Assembly (NCBI GenBank): GCA_002269645.1
Contig: NIVC01000996.1
Location: 323,758 to 387,757, forward strand
Source of the DNA: Macrostomum lignano
Taxonomy: Eukaryota
Length of the DNA: 64,000 nt
Reading direction: 5' to 3'
Shown: piece by piece, positions 1 to 15,160 of the stretch
Layout of the letters: the number at the start of each line of letters is the position of its first letter
Position numbering within the stretch: position 1 is the first letter of the stretch
Made by a program: the position numbers and the translations under genes
The notes under the pieces: model-generated
Told to the model about the DNA's origin: nothing
The model's input: only the letters and a program-made list of their open reading frames with translations
Databases searched by the model: none

Positions 1-3000
1 CTCTTTTCCATATAGTCTCTTTCTTCCATCTAGTCTCTCTCTTCCACCTAGTCTCTCTCTTCCGTCTAGTCTCTCTCTTCCATATAGTCTCTCTCTTCCA
101 TATAGTCTCTCTCTTCCATATAGTCTCTCTCTTCCATATAGTCTCTCTCTTCCATATAGTCTCTCTCTTCCATATAGTCTCTCTCTTCCCTCTAGTCTCT
201 CTCTTCCATCTAGTCTCTCTCTTCCATCTAGTCTCTCTCTTCCATCTAGTCTCTCTCTTCCATATAGTCTCTCTCTTCCATCTAGTGTCTCTTTTCCATC
301 TAGTCTCTCTCTTCCATCTAGTCTCTTCCATATAGTCTCTCTCTTCCACCTAGTCTCTTTTCCATCTAGTCTCTCTCTTCCATATAGTCTCTCTCTTCCA
401 TAGTCTCTCTTTTCCATCTAGTGTCCCTCTTCCATCTAGTCTTTCTCTTCCATCTAGTCTCTTTCTTCCATCTAGTCTCTCTCTTCCATCTAGTCTCTCT
501 CTTCCATATAGTCTCTCTTTTCCATCTAGTCTCTTTCTTCCATCTAGCCTCTCTCTTTCATCTAGTCTCTCTCTTCCATCTAGTCTCCCTCTTCCATATA
601 GTCTCTCTCTTCCATATAGTCTCTCTCTTCCATCTAGTCTCTCTTTTCCATATAGTCTCTCTCTTCCATATAGTCTCTCTCTTCCATATAGTCTCTCTCT
701 TCCATATAGTCTCTCTCTTCCATCTAGTCTCTCTCTTCCATATAGTCTCTCTCTTCCATATAGTCTCTCTCTTCCATATAGTCTCTCTCTTCCATCTAGT
801 CTCTCTCTTCCATATAGTCTCTCTCTTCCATCTAGTCTTTCTCTTCCATCTAGTCTCTCTTTTCCATATAGTCTCTCTCTTCCATATAGTCTCTCTCTTC
901 CATATAGTCTCTCTCTTCTATAGTCTCTCTCTTCCATATAGTCTCTCTCTTCCATATAGTCTCTCTCTTCCATCTAGTCTCTCTCTTCCATCTAGTCTCC
1001 CTCTTCCATATAGTGTCTCTTTTCCATCTAGTCTCTCTCTTCCATCTAGTCTCTTCCATATAGTCTCTCTTCCATATAGTCTCTCTCTTCCATCTAGTCT
1101 CTCTCTTCCATCTAGTCTCTTCCATATAGTCTCTCTCTTCCACCTAGTCTCTTTTCCATCTAGTCTCTCTCTTCCATATAGTCTCTCTCTTCCATAGTCT
1201 CTCTTTTCCATCTAGTGTCCCTCTTCTATCTAGGCTTTCTCTTCATCTAGTCTCTCTTCCATCTAGTCTCTCTCTTCCATTAGTCTCTCTCTTCCATCTA
1301 GTCTCTCTCTCCATCTAGTCTCCTCTTCCATCTAGTCTCCTCTTCCATCTCTCTCTTCCATATAGTCTCTCTCTTCCATCTAGTCTCTCTCTTCCATCTA
1401 GTCTCTCTCTTCCATCTAGTCTCTCTCTTCCATCTAGTCTCTCTCTTCCATCTAGTCTCTCTCTTCCATCTAGTCTCTCTCTTCCATCTAGTCTCTCTCT
1501 TCCATCTAGTCTCTCTCTTCCATCTAGTCTCTCTCTTCCATCTAGTCTCTCTCTTCCATCTAGTCTCTCTCTTCCATCTAGTCTCTCTCTTCCATCTAGT
1601 CTCTCTCTTCCATCTAGTCTCTCTCTTCCATCTAGTCTCTCTCTTCCATCTAGTCTCTCTCTTCCATCTAGTCTCTCTCTTCCATCTAGTCTCTCTCTTC
1701 CATCTAGTCTCTCTCTTCCATATAGTCTCTCTCTTCCATATAGTCTCTCTCTTCCATATAGTCTCTCTCTTCCATATAGTCTCTCTCTTCCATATAGTCT
1801 CTCTCTTCCATATAGTCTCTCTCTTCCATATAGTCTCTCTCTTCCATATAGTCTCTCTCTTCCATATAGTCTCTCTCTTCCATATAGTCTCTCTCTTCCA
1901 TCTAGTCTCTCTCTTCCATCTAGTCTCTCTCTTCCATCTAGTCTCTCTCTTCCATCTAGTCTCTCTCTTCCATATAGTCTCTCTCTTCCATATAGTCTCT
2001 CTCTTCCATCTAGTCTCTCTCTTCCATATAGTCTCTCTCTTCCATCTAGTCTCTCTCTTCCATCTAGTCTCTCTCTTCCATATAGTCTCTCTCTTCCATC
2101 TAGTCTCTCTCTTCCATCTAGTCTCTCTCTTCCATATAGTCTCTCTCTTCCATCTAGTCTCTCTCTTCCATCTAGTCTCTCTCTTCCATATAGTCTCTCT
2201 CTTCCATCTAGTCTCTCTCTTCCATATAGTCTCTCTCTTCCATATAGTCTCTCTCTTCCATCTAGTCTCTCTCTTCCATATAGTCTCTCTCTTCCATCTA
2301 GTCTCTCTCTTCCATATAGTCTCTCTCTTCCATCTAGTCTCTCTCTTCCATATAGTCTCTCTCTTCCATATAGTCTCTCTCTTCCATATAGTCTCTCTCT
2401 TCCATATAGTCTCTCTCTTCCATATAGTCTCTCTCTTCCATATAGTCTCTCTCTTCCATATAGTCTCTCTCTTCCATATAGTCTCTCTCTTCCATATAGT
2501 CTCTCTCTTCCATATAGTCTCTCTCTTCCATATAGTCTCTCTCTTCCATCTAGTCTCTCTCTTCCATATAGTCTCTCTCTTCCATATAGTCTCTCTCTTC
2601 CATATAGTCTCTCTCTTCCATATAGTCTCTCTCTTCCATATAGTCTCTCTCTTCCATATAGTCTCTCTCTTCCATATAGTCTCTCTCTTCCATATAGTCT
2701 CTCTCTTCCATATAGTCTCTCTCTTCCATCTAGTCTCTCTCTTCCATCTAGTCTCTCTCTTCCATATAGTCTCTCTCTTCCATCTAGTCTCTCTCTTCCA
2801 TCTAGTCTCTCTCTTCCATATAGTCTCTCTCTTCCATCTAGTCTCTCTCTTCCATCTAGTCTCTTCCATCTAGTCTCTCTCTTCCATCTAGTGTCTCTTT
2901 TCCATCTAGTCTCTCTTTCCATCTAGTCTCTCTCCCATATAGTCTCTCTCTTCCATAGTCTCTCTTCCATCTAGTCTCTCTCTTCCATATAGTCTCTCTC

Positions 3001-6000
3001 TTCCATAGTCTCTCTTCCATCTAGTCTCTCTCTTCCATCTAGTCTCTCTCTTCCATATAGTCTCTCTCTTCCATCTAGTCTCTCTCTTCCATATAGTCTC
3101 TCTCTTCCATCTAGTCTCTCTCTTCCATCTAGTCTCTCTCTTCCATCTAGTCTCTCTCTTCCATATAGTCTCTCTCTTCCATCTAGTCTCTCTCTTCCAT
3201 ATAGTCTCTCTCTTCCATATAGTCTCTCTCTTCCATCTAGTCTCTCTCTTCCATCTAGTCTCTCTCTTCCATATAGTCTCTCTCTTCCATCTAGTCTCTC
3301 TCTTCCATCTAGTCTCTCTCTTCCATATAGTCTCTCTTTCCATCTAGTCTCTCTCTTCCATCTAGTCTCTCTTCCATATAGTCTCTCTTCCATATAGTCT
3401 CTCTCTTCCATCTAGTCTCTTCCATCTAGTCTCTCTTCCATATAGTCTCTCTCTTCCATAGTCTCTCTCTTCCATCTAGTCTCTTCTATAGTCTCTCTCT
3501 TCCATCTAGTCTCTTTTCCATCTAGTCTCTCTCTTCCATATAGTCTCTCTCTTCCATAGTCTCTCTTCCATCTAGTCTCTCTCTTCCATCTAGTCTCTCT
3601 TCCATATAGTCTCTCTCTTCCATCTAGTCTCTCTCTTCCATTAGTCTCTCTCTTCCATCTAGTCTCTCTCTTCCATCTAGTCTCTCTCTTCCATCTAGTC
3701 TCTCTCTTCCATCTAGTCTCTCTCTTCCATCTAGTCTCTCTCTTCCATATAGTCTCTCTCTTCCATCTAGTCTCTCTCTTCCATCTAGTCTCTCTCTTCC
3801 ATCTAGTCTCTCTCTTCCATCTAGTCTCTCTCTTCCATCTAGTCTCTCTCTTCCATCTAGTCTCTCTCTTCCATCTAGTCTCTCTCTTCCATCTAGTCTC
3901 TCTCTTCCATATAGTCTCTCTCTTCCATCTAGTCTCTCTCTTCCATCTAGTCTCTCTCTTCCATCTAGTCTCTCTCTTCCATATAGTCTCTCTCTTCCAT
4001 ATAGTCTCTCTCTTCCATATAGTCTCTCTCTTCCATATAGTCTCTCTCTTCCATATAGTCTCTCTCTTCCATATAGTCTCTCTCTTCCATATAGTCTCTC
4101 TCTTCCATATAGTCTCTCTCTTCCATATAGTCTCTCTCTTCCATCTAGTCTCTCTCTTCCATATAGTCTCTCTCTTCCATCTAGTCTCTCTCTTCCATCT
4201 AGTCTCTCTCTTCCATATAGTCTCTCTCTTCCATATAGTCTCTCTCTTCCATCTAGTCTCTCTCTTCCATATAGTCTCTCTCTTCCATCTAGTCTCTCTC
4301 TTCCATCTAGTCTCTCTCTTCCATATAGTCTCTCTCTTCCATCTAGTCTCTCTCTTCCATCTAGTCTCTCTCTTCCATCTAGTCTCTCTCTTCCATCTAG
4401 TCTCTCTCTTCCATCTAGTCTCTCTCTTCCATCTAGTCTCTCTCTTCCATATAGTCTCTCTCTTCCATCTAGTCTCTCTCTTCCATCTAGTCTCTCTCTT
4501 CCATATAGTCTCTCTCTTCCATCTAGTCTCTCTCTTCCATATAGTCTCTCTCTTCCATATAGTCTCTCTCTTCCATCTAGTCTCTCTCTTCCATATAGTC
4601 TCTCTCTTCCATATAGTCTCTCTCTTCCATATAGTCTCTCTCTTCCATATAGTCTCTCTCTTCCATATAGTCTCTCTCTTCCATATAGTCTCTCTCTTCC
4701 ATATAGTCTCTCTCTTCCATATAGTCTCTCTCTTCCATATAGTCTCTCTCTTCCATATAGTCTCTCTCTTCCATATAGTCTCTCTCTTCCATCTAGTCTC
4801 TCTCTTCCATATAGTCTCTCTCTTCCATATAGTCTCTCTCTTCCATATAGTCTCTCTCTTCCATATAGTCTCTCTCTTCCATATAGTCTCTCTCTTCCAT
4901 ATAGTCTCTCTCTTCCATCTAGTCTCTCTCTTCCATCTAGTCTCTCTCTTCCATATAGTCTCTCTCTTCCATATAGTCTCTCTCTTCCATCTAGTCTCTC
5001 TCTTCCATATAGTCTCTCTCTTCCATATAGTCTCTCTCTTCCATCTAGTCTCTCTCTTCCATCTAGTCTCTCTCCATATAGTCTCTCTCTTCCATATAGT
5101 CTCTCTCTTCCATCTAGTCTCTCTCTTCTCATATAGTCTCTCTCTTCCATAGTCTCTCTTTCCATCTAGTCTCTCTCTTCCATATAGTCTCTCTCTTCCA
5201 TCTAGTCTCTCTTCCATCTAGTCTCTCTCTTCCATCTAGTCTCTCTCTTCCATATAGTCTCTCTCTCCATCTAGTCTCTCTCTTCCATCTAGTCTCTCTC
5301 TTCCATATAGTCTCTCTCTTCCATCTAGTCTCTCTCTTCCATCTAGTCTCTCTCTTCCATCTAGTCTCTCTCTTCCATCTAGTCTCTCTCTTCCATCTAG
5401 TCTCTCTCTTCCATCTAGTCTCTCTCTTCCATCTAGTCTCTCTCTTCCATATAGTCTCTCTCTTCCATCTAGTCTCTCTCTTCCATATAGTCTCTTTCTT
5501 CCATCTAGTCTCTCTCTTCCATCTAGTCTCTCTCTTCCATCTAGTCTCTCTCTTCCATCTAGTCTCTCTCTTCCATATAGTCTCTCTCTTCCATCTAGTC
5601 TCTCTCTTCCATCTAGTCTCTCTCTTCCATCTAGTCTCTCTCTTCCATCTAGTCTCTCTCTTCCATCTAGTCTCTCTCTTCCATCTAGTCTCTCTCTTCT
5701 CTAGTCTCTCTCTTCCATCTAGTCTCTCTCTTCCATCTAGTCTCTCTCTTCCATCTAGTCTCTCTCTCTTCATCTAGTCTCTCTCTTCCATCTAGTCTCT
5801 CTCTTCCATATAGTCTCTCTCTTCCATATAGTCTCTCTCTTCCATCTAGTCTCTCTCTTCCATATAGTCTCTCTCTTCCATATAGTCTCTCTCTTCCATC
5901 TAGTCTCTCTCTTCCATCTAGTCTCTCTCTTCCATCTAGTCTCTCTCTTCCATCTAGTCTCTCTCTTCCATATAGTCTCTCTCTTCCATATAGTCTCTCT

Positions 6001-9000
6001 CTTCCATATAGTCTCTCTCTTCCATATAGTCTCTCTCTTCCATATAGTCTCTCTCTTCCATCTAGTCTCTCTCTTCCATATAGTCTCTCTCTTCCATATA
6101 GTCTCTCTCTTCCATATAGTCTCTCTCTTCCATATAGTCTCTCTCTTCCATATAGTCTCTCTCTTCCATCTAGTCTCTCTCTTCCATATAGTCTCTCTCT
6201 TCCATCTAGTCTCTCTCTTCCATCTAGTCTCTCTCTTCCATCTAGTCTCTCTCTTCCATATAGTCTCTCTCTTCCATCTAGTCTCTCTCTTCCATATAGT
6301 CTCTCTCTTCCATATAGTCTCTCTCTTCCATCTAGTCTCTCTCTTCCATATAGTCTCTCTCTTCCATCTAGTCTCTCTCTTCCATCTAGTCTCTCTCTTC
6401 CATATAGTCTCTCTCTTCCATATAGTCTCTCTCTTCCATATAGTCTCTCTCTTCCATATAGTCTCTCTCTTCCATCTAGTCTCTCTCTTCCATATAGTCT
6501 CTCTCTTCCATATAGTCTCTCTCTTCCATATAGTCTCTCTCTTCCATCTAGTCTCTCTCTTCCATATAGTCTCTCTCTTCCATCTAGTCTCTCTCTTCCA
6601 TCTAGTCTCTCTCTTCCATCTAGTCTCTCTCTTCCATCTAGTCTCTCTCTTCCATATAGTCTCTCTCTTCCATCTAGTCTCTCTCTTCCATATAGTCTCT
6701 CTCTTCCATCTAGTCTCTCTCTTCCATATAGTCTCTCTCTTCCATCTAGTCTCTCTCTTCCATATAGTCTCTCTCTTCCATATAGTCTCTCTCTTCCATC
6801 TAGTCTCTCTCTTCCATATAGTCTCTCTCTTCCATCTAGTCTCTCTCTTCCATATAGTCTCTCTTCCATCTAGTCTCTCTCTTCCATAGTCTCTCTCTTC
6901 CATCTAGTCTCTCTCTTCCATATAGTCTCTCTCTTCCATATAGTCTCTCTCTTCCATATAGTCTCTCTCTTCCATATAGTCTCTCTCTTCCATATAGTCT
7001 CTCTCTTCCATCTAGTCTCTCTCTTCCATATAGTCTCTCTCTTCCATCTAGTCTCTCTCTTCCATCTAGTCTCTCTCTTCCATCTAGTCTCTCTTTCCAT
7101 CTAGTCTCTCTCTTCCATCTAGTCTCCCTCTTCCATATAGTCTCTCTCTTCCATATAGTCTCTCTCTTCCATCTAGTCTCTCTCTTCCATATAGTCTCTC
7201 TCTTCCATCTAGTCTCTCTCTTCCATCTAGTCTCTCTCTTCCATATAGTCTCTCTCTTCCATCTAGTCTCTCTCTTCCATCTAGTCTCTCTCTTCCATAT
7301 AGTCTCTCTCTTCCATCTAGTCTCTCTCTTCCATCTAGTCTCTCTTTCCATATAGTCTCTCTCTTCCATCTAGTCTCTCTCTTCCATATAGTCTCTCTCT
7401 TCCATATAGTCTCTCTCTTCCATATAGTCTCTCTCTTCCATATAGTCTCTCTCTTCCATCTAGTCTCTCTCTTCCATCTAGTCTCTCTCTTCCATCTAGT
7501 CTCTCTCTTCCATATAGTCTCTCTCTTCCATATAGTCTCTCTCTTCCATCTAGTCTCTCTTTCCATATAGTCTCTCTCTTCCATATAGTCTCTCTCTTCC
7601 ATATAGTCTCTCTCTTCCATATAGTCTCTCTCTTCCATATAGTCTCTCTCTTCCATATAGTCTCTCTCTTCCATCTAGTCTCTCTCTTCCATCTAGTCTC
7701 TCTCCATATAGTCTCTTTTCCATCTAGTCTCTCTCTTCCATCTAGTCTCTTCCATATAGTCTCTCTCTTCCATATAGTCTCTCTCTTCCATCTAGTCTCT
7801 CTCTTCCATCTAGTCTCTTCCATATAGTCTCTCTCTTCCACCTAGTCTCTTTTCCATCTAGTCTCTCTCTTCCATATAGTCTCTCTCTTCCATAGTCTCT
7901 CTTTTCCATCTAGTGTCCCTCTTCTATCTAGTCTTTCTCTTCCATCTAGTCTCCCTCTTCCATATAGTCTCTCTCTTCCATTTAGTCTCTCTCTTCCATA
8001 TAGTCTCTCTCTCCATCTAGTCTCCCTCTTCCATCTAGTCTCTCTCTTCCATATAGTCTCTCTCTTCCATCTAGTCTCTCTCTTCCATATAGTCTCTTTC
8101 TTCCATCTAGTCTCTCTCTTCCACCTAGTCTCTCTCTTCCGTCTAGTCTCTCTCTTCCATCTAGTCTCTCTCTTCCATCTAGTCTCTCTCTTCCATATAG
8201 TCTCTCTCTTCCATCTAGTCTCTCTCTTCCATATAGTCTCTCTCTTCCATCTAGTCTCTCTCTTCCATATAGTCTCTCTCTTCCATCTAGTCTCTCTCTT
8301 CCATATAGTCTCTCTCTTCCATATAGTCTCTCTCTTCCATCTAGTCTCTCTCTTCCATCTAGTCTCTCTCTTCCATCTAGTGTCTCTTTTCCATATAGTC
8401 TTTCTCTTCCGTCTAGTCTCTCTCTTCCATCTAGTCTCTCTCTTCATATAGTCTCTCTTTCCATCTAGTCTCTCTTCCATCTAGTCTCTCTCTTCATCTA
8501 GTCTCTCTCTTCATCTAGTCTCTCTTCCATATAGTCTCTCTTCCATCTAGTCTCTCTCTTCCATATAGTCTCTCTCTTCCATATAGTCTCTCTCTTCCAT
8601 CTAGTCTCTCTCTTCCATCTAGTCTCTCTCTTCCATATAGTCTCTTTCTTCCATCTAGTCTCTCTCTTCCACCTAGTCTCTCTCTTCCATCTAGTCTCTC
8701 TCTTCCATATAGTCTCTCTCTTCCATATAGTCTCTCTCTTCCATATAGTCTCTCTCTTCCATCTAGTGTCTCTCTTCCATCTAGTCTCTCTTTTCCATAT
8801 AGTCTCTCTCTTCCATCTAGTCTCTCTCTTCCATATAGTCTCTCTCTTCCATATAGTCTCTCTCTTCCATATAGTCTCTCTCTTCCATATAGTCTCTCTC
8901 TTCCATCTAGTCTCTCTCTTCCATATAGTCTCTCTCTTCCATATAGTCTCTCTCTTCCATCTAGTCTCTCTCTTCCATATAGTCTCTCTCTTCCATCTAG

Positions 9001-10770
9001 TCTCTCTCTTCCATCTAGTCTCTCTCTTCCATATAGTCTCTCTCTTCCATATAGTCTCTCTCTTCCATATAGTCTCTCTCTTCCATATAGTCTCTCTCTT
9101 CCATCTAGTCTCTCTTTCCATATAGTCTCTCTCTTCCATATAGTCTCTCTCTTCCATATAGTCTCTCTCTTCCTCTAGTCTCTCTCTTCCATATAGTCTC
9201 TCTCTTCCATAGTCTCTCTCTTCCATCTAGTCTCTCTCTTCCATCTAGTCTCTCTCTTCCATCTAGTCTCTCTCTTCCATATAGTCTCTCTCTTCCATCT
9301 AGTCTCTCTCTTCCATATAGTCTCTCTCTTCCATCTAGTCTCTCTCTTCCATATAGTCTCTCTCTTCCATCTAGTCTCTCTCTTCCATATAGTCTCTCTC
9401 TTCCATATAGTCTCTCTCTTCCATCTAGTCTCTCTCTTCCATCTAGTCTCTCTCTTCCATCTAGTGTCTCTTTTCCATATAGTCTCTCTCTTCCGTCTAG
9501 TCTCTCTCTTCCATCTAGTCTCTCTCTTTCATATAGTCTCTCTTTTCCATCTAGTCTCCTTCTTCCATCTAGTCTCTCTCTTCATCTAGTCTCTCTCTTC
9601 CATCTAGTCTCCTCTTCCATATAGTCTCTCTCTTCCATCTAGTCTCTCTCTTCCATATAGTCTCTCTCTTCCATATAGTCTCTCTCTTCCATCTAGTCTC
9701 TCTCTTCCATCTAGTCTCTCTCTTCCATATAGTCTCTTTCTTCCATCTAGTCTCTCTCTTCCACCTAGTCTCTCTCTTCCGTCTAGTCTCTCTCTTCCAT
9801 ATAGTCTCTCTCTTCCATATAGTCTCTCTCTTCCATATAGTCTCTCTCTTCCATATAGTCTCTCTCTTCCATATAGTCTCTCTCTTCCATATAGTCTCTC
9901 TCTTCCCTCTAGTCTCTCTCTTCCATATAGTCTCTCTCTTCCATATAGTCTCTCTCTTCCATCTAGTCTCTCTTTTCCATCTAGTCTCTCTCTTCCATCT
10001 AGTCTCCCTCTTCCATATAGTCTCTCTCTTCCATCTAGTCTCTCTCTTCCATCTAGTCTCTCTCTTCCATATAGTCTCTCTCTTCCATCTAGTCTCTCTC
10101 TTCCATCTAGTCTCTCTCTTCCATATAGTCTCTCTCTTCCCTCTAGTCTCTCTCTTCCATCTAGTCTCTCTCTTCCATATAGTCTCTCTCTTCCATATAG
10201 TGTCTCTCTTCCATCTAGTCTCTCTTTTCCATATAGTCTCTCTCTTCCATCTAGTCTCTCTCTTCCATATAGTCTCTCTCTTCCATATAGTCTCTCTCTT
10301 CCATATAGTCTCTCTCTTCCATATAGTCTCTCTCTTCCATCTAGTCTCTCTCTTCCATCTAGTCTCTCTCTTCCATCTAGTCTCTCTCTTCCATATAGTC
10401 TCTCTCTTCCATATAGTCTCTCTCTTCCATCTAGTCTCTCTCTTCCATATAGTCTCTCTCTTCCATATAGTCTCTCTCTTCCATCTAGTCTCTCTCTTCC
10501 ATATAGTCTCTCTCTTCCATATAGTCTCTCTCTTCCATATAGTCTCTCTCTTCCATATAGTCTCTCTCTTCCATCTAGTCTCTCTTTTCCATATAGTCTC
10601 TCTCTTCCATATAGTCTCTCTCTTCCATATAGTCTCTCTCTTCCCTCTAGTCTCTCTCTTCCATATAGTCTCTCTCTTCCATATAGTCTCTCTCTTCCAT
10701 ATAGTCTCTCTCTTCCATCTAGTCTCTCTCTTCCATATAGTCTCTCTCTTCCATATAGTGTCTCTTCCAT
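1..10770. repeat. 18-bp tandem satellite (CTAGTCTCTCTCTTCCAT / ATAGTCTCTCTCTTCCAT), open at left edge
   Basis: Seen directly: roughly 600 units with two interspersed variants (CAT-C-TAG vs CAT-A-TAG). It ends abruptly at about 10770. The long WKRET[I/R], GRERL[Y/D] and SLFH[I/L]V ORFs are translations of this unit. Confidence 0.98.
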
Positions 10771-11575
10771 TGATGGTCGTCCCCTACATCAATATATTTT
10801 GGTTCTCAATAATATATTTTGTCTCTCAGGGCGCGAGACCCTTAAGTTAGCCCGGAACGCCAGCTGAGACCATGACTAATTAAATCAAATCCTGCAGTGA
10901 CTCAAAAAACCGTTAATTAATAAATAATAAAATATATCGGAAAGCAATATTTATTTAAAGGAGACTCAGACATTTAAAATAGGCCACTCTTAACGACAAG
11001 AAATTCTCATCGCCTCTCGCTATTCAAGTGAGTTGCCTTGCTACACCTGGCGTATATTTGGTCTCAATCTCAACTATTCGAGAGCGAATTTCGATAGGTT
11101 GTAATTGGGGACAAATCTCTGCTGTCAGATGGGCACCTGGAGAGGTTGAGCTGCATAATTTAACGAACAGCAACTGCTTAGAAGCCGCATCTGGGATTAG
11201 CTGCAAGCAAAATCCAATTTACAGGTAGGCTAAAGCGACAGCGGCCCGATTGCATCCCGAAGTCCCTGGATTCCCACATCCCAATCGCGTCACTCTTTGC
11301 CGAACAAATTTTTGCTGCTAATGAGAAATTTCTTTTTCCTTGATTTTCATTTCCTGCCCGGCTGGAAAGCTTTCTTAGGATTATGATATTGGAATTGGAA
11401 ATGTTCTCCGAAAAAGATTTAACCTTCCAAGCTATATTGTTCCCTGATAAAATTTTCTAGGCAGAATGAAAACCAGGCAGTTTCACAGTCTTAGTTGCTT
11501 CTATTACGGGCCAGAAATTGCTGCTGTTATTGCGAATCTTGCATTGTGGAGCACCGAATTTACTTTTCAATAATC

Positions 11576-11904
<329 letters not shown>

Positions 11905-12419
11905 CTTTCAGTAAAAAATTCTATTCTAAACTTACCCCTTTAAGCGCGTTACTTCTTGAATTTATCTCCGGTTTAAATCAGGATTTACAGCAATTAATTT
12001 TCCTAAGTAGCTTAGCCTTTCTTAGAAGCATGGCTTATTTTCTTCATCCGTTCGTCTGGTTCTCATGCAAAATCTGCCTCATTACATGTCTCAGCTACTT
12101 TTTCTGCTTAAATATTGCTTCCGTACTGACTTCCCTGTGGCCTTAGAAACGCTCATAAACATCAAACGCTCGTAGTCCTCATGGAACTTCCTTTGCTTTG
12201 CCTCAACCCTTCAACTACGAGCACTTCGCGCCCAAAAGCATTGACTACGACTGTACAACACTTTGGGGAAATATTTTTGTGTGGCTTTGGAGATAGAATT
12301 TAAGAAAAGCTTCGGTTCTAAATTGAAGCTATGTACGAACTGTTTAGCATTGCCAGAAATTTCACGAGTAAATCATAATACGTAAAGTATTATGTTTATT
12401 AGACTCGAACTTAGCACGA

Positions 12420-12945
12420 TTTTTATCACGTGACAAATAGATAGCGACGTTTTTTTACTGAGGAGTGTCTCCAGCCTGCCGATTTTATTGCTGATCACGT
12501 GACTTTTATCGCGCGTCTAGCTCTCCACCCTGCGGATTTTATTGCTGACCACGTGACTAGCTCGTATTATCGCGTCTAGCTCTCCAGCCTGCCGATTTTA
12601 TTGCTGATCACGTGACTTTTATCGCGCGTCTAGCTCTCTACCCTGCGGATTTTATTGCTGATCACGTGACTAGCTCGTATTATCGCGTCTAGCTCTCCAG
12701 CCTGCCGATTTTATTGCTGATCACGTGACTTTTATCGCGTCTAGCTCTCCAGCCTGCTGATTTTATTGCTGATCACGTGACTCTTATCGCGCGTCTAGCT
12801 CTCCAGCCTGCCGATTTTATTGCTGATCACGTGACTTTTTATCACGGCCAACTCTCCTGTAACCTCACTTCAGGGCAGATCACGTAACTTCCAGAATGAC
12901 AAACTGCTATCACTTTAGTTGATTAGGTTTGATCACGTGACTATA
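12420..12945. repeat. CpG-rich ~55-60 bp minisatellite, each unit carrying TCACGTGA
   Basis: Unit approximately CTAGCTCTCCAGCCTGCCGATTTTATTGCTGATCACGTGACTTTTATCGCGCGT. CACGTG cores lie within matches starting at about 12426, 12495, 12549, 12608, 12662, 12721, 12773, 12827 and 12933. Confidence 0.9.
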
Positions 12946-13383
12946 AAATGCGTGTCGCTTACATATTATATTAATTGTACAGGACGTGTAATTATTCTCT
13001 TGTTACTTACTATTATAATGATAATATAGGCTGCTACCTGCAGTACCTCTCAGCATGAGAGATCGCTTCACGAAAATGCAATTTCCGTTTGCCTTTCTTC
13101 TGTTCCCTATGAGCTTAGCGACTTTCTGACCTCAAACCGGTAACTGCGAACAATCCGTACATGCAGCAGTACCTCGAATACATATCCGATTCCAGATATA
13201 TTTTAGTCGGTAGGATATGATCTGAAATTTTTACATCACTACTTAAGTGACCATTATGTAGATATTATTTTGTAAAATAAACCATAGTCCTCTCGAAATA
13301 GAAATAGAAAGTGTCTTGACTGGCCTGACTGGTTTTGAAAACAGACATGAGAACACTAGCGGACATGAGAACATAGAACAGAC

Positions 13384-14052
<669 letters not shown>

Positions 14053-15160
14053 GACATTAGAACACATAGAAATGAGAACAAAGACATAAGAACACATAGA
14101 AATGAGAACACAGACATTAGAACACATAGAAATGAGAACACATACATTAGAACACATAGAAATGAGAACACAGGCATTAGAACACATAGATATTGAGAAC
14201 ACAGGCATTAGAACACATAGATATTGAGAACACAGACATTAGAACACCTAGAAATGAGAACACATACATTAGAACACATAGAAATGAGAACACAGACATT
14301 AGAACACACAGACATGAGAACACAGACATGAGAACACAGAGAAATGAGAACACAGACATGAGAACACATAGAAATGAGAACACAGACATGAGAACACAGA
14401 GAAATGAGAGCACAGACATTAGAACACATAGAAATGAGAACACAGACATTAGAACACCTAGAAATGAGAACACAGACATTAGAACACATAGAAAAGAGAA
14501 CACAGACATTAGAACACAGACAAGAGAACACAGAAATGCGAACACAGACATGAGAACACAGACAAATGAGAACACAGAGATGAGAACACAGACATTAGAA
14601 CACATAGAAATGAGAACACAGACATTAGAACACAGAGAAATGATAACACAGAGATGAGAACACAGACATTAGAACACACAGACATGAGAACACAGACATT
14701 AGAACACATGGAAATGAGAACACAGACATTAAAACACATAGAAATGAGAACACAGACATTAGAACACATAGAAACGAGAACACAGACATTAGAACACATA
14801 GAAATGAGAACACAGACATGAGAACACATAGAAATGAGAACACAGACATGAGAACACATAGAAATGAGAACACGGAGAAATGAGAACACAGAGATGAGAA
14901 CACAGACATTAGAACACATAGAAATGAGAACACAGACATTAGAACACATAGAAATGAGAACACAGACATTAGAACACATAGAAATGAGAACACAGACATT
15001 AGAACACATAGAAATGAGAACACAGACATTAGAACACATAGAAACGAGAACACAGACATTAGAACACATAGAAATGAGAACACAGACATGAGAATACATA
15101 GAAATGAGAACACAGACATGAGAACACATAGAAATGAGAACACAGACATGAGAACACAGA
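14053..15160. repeat. 30-bp minisatellite (AGAACACATAGAAATGAGAACACAGACATT) built from 16+14 bp subunits
   Basis: Seen directly. A few proto-units also lie 5' of the LINE at about 13340-13390. Confidence 0.95.

Noticed and set aside
350-10850. ORFs of 200-600 aa (WKRETR/GRERLD/SLFHIV repeats)
   Set aside because: An 18-bp unit is a multiple of 3 and lacks stops in several frames, so long ORFs are expected by construction. There are no splice signals, unique domains or codon-level variation.
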